A DNA stretch of 64,000 nucleotides, from the NCBI RefSeq assembly GCF_963921235.1, contig NC_086108.1:94552001-94616000 (forward strand), in the 5' to 3' direction. Positions 12,870-24,815 of the stretch are shown one piece after another. This stretch comes from Mobula hypostoma. Lineage: Eukaryota. Positions within the stretch are counted from its first letter, which is position 1. Each line of letters opens with the position of its first letter. The translations under genes and the position numbers were made by a program. The notes under the pieces are model-generated. The model ran no database searches, was not told the origin of the DNA, and saw only the letters and a list, made by a program, of their open reading frames with translations.

Positions 12870-14365
12870 TGTAGCCTCCTGGTAGGCCTCAGGCTCGCTC
12901 AGCTCGCTTTCGTCTAGGGAGAGCAGCCTTCAGCCCCGGCAAACTGGGTAATCAAGTTTGTTGTAGATGCTGTGTGATGTACCCCACCACGCCAAATAAC
13001 AGACAGTACACCATGTGCGATGAAATGATTATACTTTATAAGTATTTCTTGGTGCTGGGTTAGTAGAAACAAATACAGTAAAGGCGCCAAGTCAGTAACT
13101 CTATCAGTTCTGTGCACAAATGGAAACATAGAAACATAGAAAATAGGTGCAGGAGTAGGCCATTCGGCCCTTCGAGCCTGCACCGCCATTTATTATGATC
13201 ATGGCTGATCATCCAACTCAGAACCCCGCCCCAGCCTTCCCTCCATACCCCCGATCCCCGTAGCCACAAGGGCCATATCTAACTCCCTCTTAAATATAGC
13301 CAATGAACTGGCCTCAACTGTTTCCTGTGGCAGAGAATTCCACAGATTCACCACTCTCTGTGTGAAGAAGTTTTTCCTAATCTCGGTCCTAAAAGCCTTC
13401 CCCATTATCCTCAAACTGTGACCCCTTGTTCTGGACTTCCCCAACATCCGGAACAATCTTCCTGCATCTAGCCTGTCCAATCCCTTTAGGATTTTATACG
13501 TTTCAATCAGATCCCCCCTCAATCTTCTAAATTCCAACGAGTACAAGCCCAGTTCATCCAGTCTTTCTTCATATGAAAGTCCTGCCATCCCAGGAATCAA
13601 TCTGGTGAACCTTCTTTGTACTCCCTCTATGGCAAGGATGTCTTTCCTCAGATTAGGGGACCAAAACTGCACACAATACTCCAGGTGTGGTCTCACCAAG
13701 GCCTTGTACAACTGCAGTAGTACCTCTCTGTTCCTGTACTCGAATCCTCTCGCTATAAATGCCAGCATACCATTCGCCTTTTTCACCGCCTGCTGTACTT
13801 GCATGCCCACTTTCAATGACTGGTGTATAATGACACCCAGGTCTCGTTGCACCTCCCCTTTTCCTAATCGATCACCATTCAGATAATAATCTGTTTTCCT
13901 ATTTTTGCCACCAAAGTGGATAACTTCACTGGAGCTCTTACAGAACTGGGTCTCCCTTTCCTCCAGTCGATGTCCTCCGAACTCCACCGACTCTCGAATG
14001 GTACCACCCTTGGTGGTTGACCAAACGTTCCACATGAGTCTGTCCTCGTCTCCTCTCCTCGCCGAAGACCCTGGGCCTCGGACTCCTGCTTGGAGTCCGT
14101 TCCTCACCCATCTTACAGCATCGCGTCTCCTTTCTCTGTCCCCAAAGCCCGTGAAAACAATAGCTTACAGACACACAAGAAAGAGTAACATTTATCCCAA
14201 TTGGTTAGCAAATTAATACAATTCTTGTTATCAGTAATTATAACCCAAACAAGCTGCTACCGTTAACTCAGCAGTTAACATTACAGAGAAGCCATTTTAT
14301 TATAACATAACAAAGAAGCCATTTTACTAGCCCTAGCAGTAACATAGAAGAAGAAACCCCTTACA
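12870..14365 (-). mobile_element. Solo LTR-A (about 690 bp net), related to LTR-B and in opposite orientation
   Basis: TGTA...TACA termini. TSD CACT/CATT (12866-12869, 14366-14369). Shares homology blocks with LTR-B. Confidence 0.72.
13125..13929 (-). mobile_element. Young 5'-truncated CR1 LINE, near-identical to 1631-2430
   Basis: Open ORF2 end. Flanked by TGGA at 13121-13124 and 13930-13933. Confidence 0.95.
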
Positions 14366-17034
14366 CATTGATAATGTAATGGTTTCTCCATAGCAGCAAT
14401 TTTTGGGTTATGGTTGGAGATAATGGGGTTAGGAATGCTGTTGTTCTTTCTTGTGAGTCTGGAAGAGAGATTTTCGCGGTCTTTTGCTGGGGAGAGATGA
14501 GGAGAGAAGACGCGAATGGAGAGAGTTGGTAGACTGCCAGACGGGGTGGACTTGGAGCGAGGGTCCAAAGGCAGCGATGGTCGGAGGAGGTCGATGGTGG
14601 ACAATAGGTTTATCAGTGAGCTCCAACATTGTGCAATAGACTGTTTCATAAAATTGGGCCCTTCTTTTTTTTTCATTTTCTTTACTAACCGTATAGTCAA
14701 AGTAAGAATTATAAAGCTTACTCGTTTAATCACATATTGTGTACTGTTTGTTATTTCAGGGTACTGATTTATAACAGGGGACACATCGTGCAGCATCCAC
14801 CCAAATGATATTTCTTAAGTTTGGCCGGGCCAAGGGCTATCACCCCCTATATTAAGCTGCTAGCCAAAGCGAGAGTTACATGTATGTACTCGGGAGATGA
14901 ACACAGATGTGAGCCAATGCATCAACATGGTCATGCAGATTACAGAGGAGGAGGTGTTTGCTGTCTTGAGGCAAATTAGAGTGGATAAATCCCCAGAGCC
15001 AGACAAGGTGGTCCCGCCAACCCTGTGAAGGCTAGTGCAGAAATTGAAGAGGCCCTAGCAGGGATATTTCAAACATCCTTCACCATGGGTGAGATGCCGG
15101 AGGATTGGAGGATAGCTAAAGTGTTCCATTGTTTAAGAAAGGCTGTAAGAATAAACCAGGAAGTTATAGGAAGGTGAGCCTGACATCTGTAGTGGGTAAG
15201 TTACTGGAAGGCATTCTAATGGGCTTGGTATATAAGTATTTGGATAGATGGGGACTGATTAAGGATAGTCAGCATGGCTTTGTGCATGGTAAGTCAATTC
15301 TATGGAGTTTTTCAAAGGAGTGACCAGGAAGGATGATGAAGGCAAGGTAAAGGCTGTTATCTACATGAACTTTAGCAAGGCTTTTGACAAGGCCCCACAT
15401 GGGAGATTGATCAAGAAGGTTCAGTCACTCGGCAGTCAAGATGAGTTAGTAAATTGGATTAGACATTAGCTTTGTGGGAGAAGTCAGAGAGTGGTAGTAG
15501 ATGGTTGCCTCTCTAACTGGAGGCCTGTGACTAGTGGAGTGCCGCAGGGATCGGTGCTGAGTCCATCATTGCTAGTCACCTATAACAAAGATCTGGATGA
15601 TAATGTGTTAAACTAGATCAGCAAAATTGCAGATGACAGCAGGATTGTGTGTGTAATGGACAGTGAGGAAGACCACCAAAGCTTGCAGCGAGATCTGAAC
15701 TATCTGGAAAAATAGGCTGAAAAATGGCAGATGAAATTTAATGCAGACAAATGTGAGGTTTGCAAGCATGTTGCCTGGACTTAAGGACCTGAGTTATAGG
15801 GAAAATTTGAAATGTTTGGACTTTATTCCCTAGAACACAGAAGATTGAGGGGAGATTTGGTAGAGATATTCAAAATTATGAGGGATATAGATAGGGTAAA
15901 CACAAACAGGCTTTTTCCACTGAGGTTAGGTGAGACAAGAACTAGAGGTCATGGGTTAAGGGTGAAAGGTGAAATGTTTAAGGAGAACGTGAGGGGTGAC
16001 TTCTTCACTCATAGGGTGGTGAGAGTGTGGAACAAGCTGATAGCATAAGTGGTAGGTGCAGGTTGATTTCAACATTTAGAAGAAATTTGGATAGCTACAT
16101 AGATGGAAGGGGTATGGAGGGCTATGGTCCGGGTGCAGGTCGATGGGATGAGGCAGATTAATGGTTTGGAGCAGACTAGATGGGCCGAAGGGCTTGTTTC
16201 TGTGCTGTAGTGTTTATGGCTCAATGACCAAGATAAGCAAGAGAATTTTTTTTTACACAAAGTGTGGTAGTTGGCTGGAATGGTCTGCTGGGGGAAGCAG
16301 ATAACAGAGTTTAAGAGGATTTTAGATAGATGCATGAATTTAATTCAGCATTGTGCTCAAAGCAGACATCATGGGGCAACGGGCCTGTCCTTGTGTTGTA
16401 CTGTTCCATGCTCTATGAAGGACAGTGACAATTTCAGAGTCTAGGTTCATTAGTTCTTTTTCCCAACACTGTGATTCGATCTAATTACCCACTCGGAAAC
16501 TGGAGCTCCAGTCTGTTTAGGCTCTTCACTCACTGCCGTCGACCCTGAGCCCAAAGATCAGGACTCCTTCCCATGGAGGGGTGGGACTACGAACACTGCA
16601 GGTGAGAAGTCTAAGGACTTCCCCGAATTTCCCTCACTTCTTTAAATGTGGTTAGTCATTCGAACACTTCTGGAGAAGCTGCATCACACTTTACTGTAGA
16701 GGCAATTCCCTCAAGCCTGTATTACAAAGCTGGTATGGTAGTGTGGAGTACAGCAATCTGAGTTCGATTCCCGCCATTGCCTGTAAGGAGTCTCTACGTT
16801 CTCCCTGTGACCACGTAGGTTTCTTCTGGGTGCTCTGGTTTCCTCCCACAGTCCAAAGATGTACCGGTTGGTAGGTTGTTGTAAATTGTCCCATGATTAA
16901 GATTAGATCGGGTGACTGCTGAGCGGTGTGACTATTCCACACTGTAACTCAATAAATTTAAAAAGCAGATTCAGCTAAGAACTAACATTAACAAGAGATG
17001 CCTACTAGCTTTTCCATTGCTGCGGCGAATATGG

Positions 17035-17274
17035 CTACTTCTTACTGCTTGCTTTACCTAGATTAAAACTCTTCCTGCTTCTCCACCTTAGCAATTTAAT
17101 AAAATTGAGGCTGGCATGGAAGACCTTGTCATGATGGAAGACCATCTTGTAGAAGGTGTCAATGGGGAGATCTCCAGTAGGATCTGCATACTTCAGAGTT
17201 GTCATGGGGGTATAAAGGGTGTTTGTTTGGTGACGGAACGGTGGGTTCTCTGACAGGATGATCTTCATTGTATG
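17035..17274 (-). CDS. rdh8-like: RDH8-like, terminal coding exon 6
   Basis: Pyrimidine tract then ccag|HTMKIILSENPPFRHQTNTLYTPMTTLKYADPTGDLPIDTFYKMVF...GKASSKK*. 240 nt. The six exons sum to 957 nt = 318 aa plus stop. Confidence 0.9.
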   Translation of the reverse strand, partial: HTMKIILSENPPFRHQTNTLYTPMTTLKYADPTGDLPIDTFYKMVFHHDKVFHASLNFIKLLRWRSRKSFNLGKASSKK

Positions 17275-18715
17275 CTGGTTATAAAAACAAAGAGAAAATT
17301 TGCGTAAACTTTAAGCCACAAAGTGAGTTAGAATTCATAAGAATTAGCTCTAGAACTTTCCCTGTGCTGTCCCTTGCCTGCCTCCTCTCCAAAATCTCCA
17401 CAGCCTGAGTGTCTTTGGTTTTTGATTCCAAAGTATTAAGATCATATCTTAGGACAAGGGTTCCCAACCAAGAGTCCACGGACCTCTTGCTTAATGATAT
17501 AGATCCATGGCATAAAAACGGTCAGGAACCCTGCTTTAGGAATATTTAAGAGACTCTTAGATAGGTACGTGGATGAAAGAAAAATGGACATAGCAAGATT
17601 AGACCCATTTGACCCATTGTGGCAATGTGTGGAGGAAAGAGCTAGATTGATCTTGGAATAGGTTAAAAGGTCAGCACAACATCATGAGCCAAAGGGTCTG
17701 TACTGTGCTGTAATGTTTTATATTCTATTTCACTCAGAGTCCACAGGGACCAGAGAGAATGGTGTCCACCTGGAGAGACCTCAGTGGTGGCAGGCAGCCA
17801 AAGTTATTTTCATCCCAGTGAAGAGGTCTTGCCCTGGAAAGCCTGTGCAGAAACATTTTTAAAAGCTTTCCTTACTGGACAAGATTGCAGTTTACAGAGA
17901 ATTATTGTGGAACTATGGGACAATCTCAGGTTGAAAACACTGCCATTTAAAGGTGTTGCTGTTGCTTTTCACGCCTTGTGGCGCATCGGGTTCCATTTTT
18001 GCAGCTTCTTTAGCATTTGTCTGATTTTTACAAGGCCAAGTTGCTAGCTCGATGCTCAACCCAACATGGAAACATGTGCAAGGGGCCGGTCGGATTGAAC
18101 CTGGGACCACTCACCTTGAAATCTGGTGCTGTTGCCACCACACCACCGGCCAGCATCTTCAGATTCCGACTCCGATTTACTTATCATATGCACATTGAAG
18201 CATACAGTGAAATGCGTCATTTGCATTCAAAACCGACACCTTTAAGGATGTGCTGGGGGCAGCTCACAAGTGTCACCACATATTAACAGTGCCAACATAG
18301 CGTACCCAACAACGTTCAGCAGAACATTGCAGGCAGCAACAACAACAACTAAAGGTCATTGAGGACATTTATAAAAGGCGATGACTCAGAAAGGTGGCAT
18401 CCATCATATTGGACCCCCATCACGCAGGACATGCTACCATCTGAGAGGGGGCTCAGGAACCTGAACACAAACACTGCCATCAGATTTCTCCATGGCCAAT
18501 GAACTACAGAGACTACCCCACAGTCCTTTTGCTCTCTTTTTGTTCGACTTATTTAATTTTTAAACGTTTAAATATTTCTTATAGTTAATTATATATTTAT
18601 ATATTGCACTGTACTGCTGTCACAAAACAAGTTTCATGACATATGTTAGTGATAATAAAACTGATTCTGATTCTGAACAACAAGACAACCACAGCAAACA
18701 AACCCCTTTTTTCTT

Positions 18716-18720
<5 letters not shown>

Positions 18721-18793
<73 letters not shown>
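18721..18793. repeat. Compound microsatellite (CT)n(CA)n in rdh8-like intron 5
   Basis: Read directly from the sequence. Confidence 0.95.
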
Positions 18794-18796
<3 letters not shown>

Positions 18797-19284
18797 TGCA
18801 GAAATGTTTGGGTTAACGGCTACCACTTTTAATTTATTAGTGGAATACCATCACACCCCACCCTGAGTTGGACATATTCCATCACTGCTGGCTCAGAGTT
18901 CTGGAAATCCCTGCTGTAAAAATCTCTTTCACCTCATGCAATGCAGCAAGTTAAGATGTTGGTTCATCATTACCTGCTCAAGTATAATTGGGAAGGCACT
19001 ATTTCTCTATTGCATTTCATCTTGTAATTTAAAAATGCCACCCACATCTCCTGAACAATTAAGTCTAACAGATGGTAAATCTGAGGACAGAAGAGTTTAA
19101 AATGACCAAATACTTTCCATATAACCATATAACAATTACAGCACGTAAACAGGCCATCTCAGCCCTTCTAGTCCGTGCTGAACTCTTACTCACACTTTCC
19201 TTTAAATAAACTTGCACCTGAAATGATTTCAAATGTTATTGCTCTGCAGTCCAAAGTTCAATAAACTCTGTTCAATTATTGTAC

Positions 19285-19468
19285 CTCAGCCACTTGATCT
19301 GCACTTTGTCCCAGGCTTGAGAATATTTCCTTATAGTTTTGCAAGTAAATGTTTGTGAACATGTCCCTCGTTTCTTGGTCTGCGGCAGACAAATCGATTT
19401 TCATTCCTTCTTCATAAACCTTCTTTTCAAACTCAGTGACCACAGGACCAGGTTCGATCAGAGTTATG
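19285..19468 (-). CDS. rdh8-like: RDH8-like, coding exon 5
   Basis: ggcag|(N)ITLIEPGPVVTEFEKKVYEEGMKIDLSAADQETRDMFTNIYLQNYKEIFSSLGQSADQVAE|gtac. 184 nt, phase 2/0. Read manually. Confidence 0.92.
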
Positions 19469-21429
19469 CTGCCAGATAAAAGGGAAGTCGCTTTATCAGA
19501 GGGATGATTACTTTGAGCAGTAATTAATGCAGAAAGTCTTCTTGTTTAATAAATTTATCTTTTCTAACAACTGAACTGTTCAGCCAGACCAGCATACAAA
19601 AACAAATTCAAAATAAAATTCTTAATAACATTTTGTTATATTCTAAAAGAAACAGTTACATAATTATTGTAAGACATTTGTTTTAAACCATTTATATTAC
19701 AATAACAATGCCAAACTTAGTTTTCTGAAAAAAATCAGTGTTTATGTTGTAAATGGTTTGACAGCCAACTCTCCCGCAGAGAAAACATCAGAACTATTTT
19801 AATCAATGATAATATCAATTTAAATTCATGCTCAGTAGGAAGGTTGTGGTCTAATTGTACCATGGACTATATACTGTGTATAGAATCTGGTCTGATATCC
19901 CACTCAGCACTGAGGGACTGGAGCATTGCCAGATGAGCCAGAATGGGATATCAACTGGCTGCCCAAGTGGTCTCGAGACAAAAATGGCAAAGGAAAACTG
20001 GTGGTGCCTGCACTAATTCTCCATCATTGAGCACCCACAAAAGCTGAAGAATCTGGAAACACCCAGGAGGTCAGGCAGCTTCTGTGGAAAGAGATATTAA
20101 TGTTTCAAGTTTAAACCCTTCTGGTAATCACCAACGTCCACATTACTATGTCAATCATTGATTTTCTGTCTGCAGCGTGCAATCTAGCTGTCACATCTGC
20201 TTCCAGAACAGCCTTAACTTCATTTTCAAAACAATCCTTTGGCTTCCTTATTTTCCAGCCTGCAGTACCTTTGCTGCAATCTGCTGGAAGATCTGCAAGC
20301 TTTTTGTTTCAGTTAACTTTATTAGAAATATCTTTTTCAATGTAGTGTGCCAACATTCTGCCAGTCTTGCATCTGGTTGCAACATTGAAAATTCTACTGC
20401 TGGAAAGCATTTTAAGAAGTCCTGAGGATATGATAAGGCTTTAGCTAAATATTTATTTTAAGATAAATTACTATCAATAGTACAGTTGTACAGTCAGATA
20501 AAACACTCTCTCACAGCGTCATTGACCCAAGTTCATTCAGAATCAGGATCAGTTTTATCATCACCAATGTACATTGTGAAATTTGTTGTATTGCAGCAGT
20601 ACAGTGCAATTCATGCAAGAATCACTATAATTTATAATAAGGAATATATTAAAATATATAAATAGTGCAAAAAAAGAGAAAAATAGCAAGGTAGTGTTTA
20701 TGGGTTCATGATGGAGGGGAAGAAGCTGTTCTTAAAACATCAAGTGTACGTCTTCAGGCTCCTGTACCTCCTCCCTGATGGATCTCAGGAGATGTCTGTG
20801 TGAAGTCTGCATGTTCTTTCTGTAACTACACATTTCTTCTGCTTATTTTGGCTTCCTCCCACACATCAGAGACGTGTAGATGGTAGCTGTAAGCTGCCCC
20901 TCCTGTTTAGCCAATTAGCAGAATCCAGGGAAGATCCTGATGAAGGGTCTCAAGCCAAAATGTCGGCTCTTTATTCCTCTCCAAAGATGCTGCCTGACCT
21001 ACTGAGTTCATCCAGCATTTCATGCTTGCGTGTGTGTGTGTGTGTGTGTTTGTGTTACTCTGGATCTCCAGCATCTGCGGAATCTCTTGTGTTTATCAAA
21101 GATGGGTAGTTTCCATTTCAGGCCTCGGAATCATCCCTGATTTTCACTGTCCCACAACTGGACACTGTGGCTACTGCTACCAAGATCCTTTGCTTTGTAT
21201 CTCTCTTCTTAATCGTTCCAATTCTGCCTCCTCTAAATGGACTTTAAAAGTGACCTCTCATCAAGCTGTTGGTTATCTCCACGTAGCTCTATGTGGCATC
21301 CTGTTCAATTTTCGTGTGGCAGCGTCCTTGTGAAGTGTTTTTGGTTAAATTGCGTTGTCAAAGAATGCTGTATTGATACATTTCTAGAAAGCTCAATGGG
21401 CTAGATATGGGTAGGATGTTTTTGCTAAG

Positions 21430-24400
21430 ACCATGAGGGATAGGAGCAGAATTAGGCCATTTGGACTATCATGCCTACTCTGCCATTTCATCATGGCTGA
21501 TCCAATTTTCCTCCCAGCCCCTATCTTCTGCCTTCTTCCTGTATCCCTTCATGCCCTGAACAATCAAGAATCTATCAACCTCTGCCTTAAATATACAGAA
21601 AGACCTGACCTCCACAGCTGCCTGTGGCAAAGAATTCCACAGATTCACCACTCTCTGGCTAAAGGAACTCCCCCTCATCTCTACTCTGAAAGGATGCCCT
21701 CTATTCTGAGGCTGTATCCCCTGGTCTTAGGCTCTCTCACCACAGGAAACATCTTCTCCCCATCCACTCTATCAAGCCCTTTCACCATTTGATAGGTTTC
21801 AATGAGGTCACCCTTCATTATTCTGAATTTTGGTGAATACAGGCCCAGAGCCATCAGACGCTTTTCATATGACAAGCCATTCAATCCTGGAATCATTTTC
21901 ATGAACCTCCTTTGAACCCTCTCCAGTTTCAGCACATCCTTTCTAACATAAGGTGCCCAAACCTGCTCACAATACTCCGAGTGAGGCCTCACCAGTGCTT
22001 CAACATTACATCCTTGCTTTTATATTCTAGTTTTCTTGAAATGTATGTTAACGTTACATTTGCCTTCCTCACCACAGACTCAACCTGCAAATTAAGCTTT
22101 AGAGAATACTGCACAAGGACTCCAAAGTTCCTTTGCATATCAGATTTTTGTATTTTCTTTCCATTTAGAAAATTTTCAACCTTTTTTTTTCTTCACCAAA
22201 GTGCATGACCATACACTTCCAGACACTGTATTCCATCTGCCATTTCTTTGCCTATTCTCCTAATCTGTCTAAGTCCTGTAGTCTCTTTACTTCCTCAAAA
22301 CTACCTACCCCTCCACCAATCTTCATATCGTCTGCAAACTTTGCAACAAAGCCATCAATTCTATCATCCAAATCATTGTCATCTGCCTCCAAGTACGCTA
22401 AGGCCTCATCCTTAGTAATCAGCTCTAATATCTTCCCAACCACTGAGGTCAGAGTAACTGGCCTATAGTTTCTTTTCTTCTGCCGCTCTCCTTTCTTGAA
22501 GTGTGGAGTGACATTTGCAATTTTCCAGTCTTCCAGAACCATTCCAGAATCTAGTGATTCTTGAAAGATCATTGTTAATGCCTCCAGAATCTCTTCAGCC
22601 ACCTCTTTCAGAACCCTGGGTTGTGCACCATTGGTCCAGATAACTTATCTACCTTCAGACCTTTTAGTTTCTCAAGAGCCTCCTCTCTAGTTATGGTAAC
22701 TTCTCACACTTCATGCCTCCTGACACCTGGAGCATACTGCTAATGTCTTCCACAGTGAAGACTGATGCAAAATACTTATTCAGTTCATCCGCTATTTCAT
22801 TGTCCCCTATTACTACCTCTCCAACATTGTTTTCCGGCAGTCTGATATCCACCCTCACCTCTCTTTTACACTTTATGTATCTGAAGAAATTTGAGGTATC
22901 CTCTTTAATATTATTGGCCAGCTTACTTTCCTATTCCATCTTTATCTTCTTAATGACTTTTTTAGTTGCCTTCTGTTGGTTTTTAAAAGCTTCCCAATCC
23001 TCTAACTTCCCACTAATTTTTGCTCTATTGTATACCCCCTTTTTGGCTTTTATGTTGGCTTTGAATTCTCTTGTTACCATGATTGTGTCATCTCTCCTTT
23101 AGAATACTTCTTCCTCTTTGGGATTATATATCCTTGGCCTTCCAAATTTCTTCCAGAAATTCCAGCCATTCCATGTCATCCCTGCCAGTGTTCTTTTCCA
23201 ATCAATTCTGGCCAACTCCTCTCTCATACCTCTGTAATTCCCTTTACTCCCCTGTATTACTGATACATCTGACTTTAGTTTCTCCTTCTCAAATTTTTAA
23301 GATGAATTTGATCATATTATGATCACTTGTGTGTTGGCGCATGGCCAAGTGGTTAAGGCGTTTGTCTAGTGATCTGAAGGTTGCTAGTTCGAGCCTTGGC
23401 TGAGGCAACCTGTTGTGTCCTTGAGCAAGGCACTTAACCACACATTGCTCTGTGACGACACTGGTGCCAAGCTGTATGGGTCCTAATGCCCTTCCCTTGG
23501 ACAATATCGGTGGCGTGGAAAGGGGAGACTTGCAGCATGGGCAACTGCTGGTCTTCCATACAACCTTGCCCATGCCTGCGCCCTGGAAACCTTCCAAGGC
23601 ACAAATCCATGGTCTCATGAGACTAACGGATGCCTATAATAACAATCACTTACCCCTAAGGGTTCTTTTACCGTAAGCTCTCTAATCAATTCTGGTTTAT
23701 TGCACAACACCCAATCCAGATTAGCTGATTCTCTAGTGGGCTCAACCATGAGCTGCTCTAAAAAGACATCTCATAGGTACTCAAGAAATTTCCCCTCCTG
23801 TAATTCAGCACCAACCTGATTTTTCCAATCTATCTGCATATTGAAGTCCCCCATGACTGTTGTAATATTGCCCTTTTGGGCACATCCTTACTACTGTTTG
23901 GGGCTCTGTATTCAACTCCCATCAGGATCTTTTTACCCTTGTAGTTCCTTAGCTCTAAACACAATGATTCAACACTTTCCAACCCTATGTCACCTCTTTC
24001 TAATGATTTGATTTCATTTTTTACCAGCAGAGCAACACCAACCCCTCCCCCACATTCCTGCCTATCCTTGCGATACAATATGTATCCTTGGACATTAAGC
24101 TCCCAGCTATAATCTTTCACCCATGATTCAGTAATGCCCACAATATCATACCTGACAATTTTGCAACTGTGCTATGCACATTCAGGTACAACACCTTCAG
24201 TCCTGCATTCATCCTTTTTGATTTTGTCACACTATGCTCAACCTTTTCATTCCTAACTTTGCCTGAGGTCTTACCAACATCTGCCTCCACAACCTCTCCA
24301 CTAACCATTCTGGCACTCTGATTCCCACCTCTTTACAACTGTAGTTGAAATCCCACCATGTAGCATTAATAAACCCTCGTGCTAAGTTATTAGACCCTTC

Positions 24401-24815
24401 CAGTTCAGGTGCAAACTGTCCCTTTTGTACAGGTCCCATCTTCCCTGGAAGAGACCCCAATGATCCAAAAATCTTATGCCCTCCCTCCTACACCAACTCC
24501 TTAGCCACGTATTAAACCGTGTAATCTTCCTAGTTCTAGCCTCATTAGCATGTGGCACAGGTATCAATCCTGAGATCACAACGTTGGAAGTTCTGCCCTT
24601 TAATTTAGCACCTAACTCCCTGAACTCCCTATGGAGAACTTTGTCACTCTCCCTACCCATGTCATTAGTACCAACATGGACCATGACTTCTGGCTGTTCA
24701 CTCTCTCACTTAAGAATGCTGAGGACAAAATCCGAGATATACCAGATCCAGGCACCCAGGAGGCAACGTACTATCTGGGAATCTCATTCTGGCCCACAGA
24801 ACTTCCTGTTCCTGG
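21430..24815 (-). mobile_element. Decayed CR1 LINE with ORF1 esterase and ORF2 remnants (rdh8-like intron 4)
   Basis: ORF1 VHVGTNDM...DSLHLN (24382-24684), APE endonuclease GITESW...YRKDR (23830-24141), RT pieces with internal deletions. Confidence 0.9.
23329..23644 (+). mobile_element. tRNA-derived SINE inserted in CR1
   Basis: A box TGGCCAAGTGG, B box GTTCGAGCC, then gtgtccttgagcaaggcacttaacc. 7-bp TSD ATCACTT at 23322-23328 and 23645-23651. Confidence 0.85.

Larger units (their letters stand above)
12846..14880 (+). mobile_element. Solo LTR-B (about 535 bp net of nested inserts)
   Basis: TGTAAC...GTTACA termini. 4-bp TSD TGTA at 12842-12845 and 14881-14884. Strand is inferred. Confidence 0.8.
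12301..16228 (+). mobile_element. Old CR1 LINE (decayed ORF2), host of nested LTRs
   Basis: Endonuclease end (GEHFAPSDH) at about 12320, RT fragments 15129-16048, CR1 3' UTR. Interrupted at gcatctgta|tgtact. Confidence 0.88.

Noticed and set aside
13199..14107. 302-aa ORF as a novel fusion gene
   Set aside because: It is a chance in-frame join of LTR-A sequence to a truncated CR1 ORF2 at 13929/13930.
23329..23400. tRNA gene
   Set aside because: The tRNA-like head continues into a SINE body and is bounded by a 7-bp TSD.
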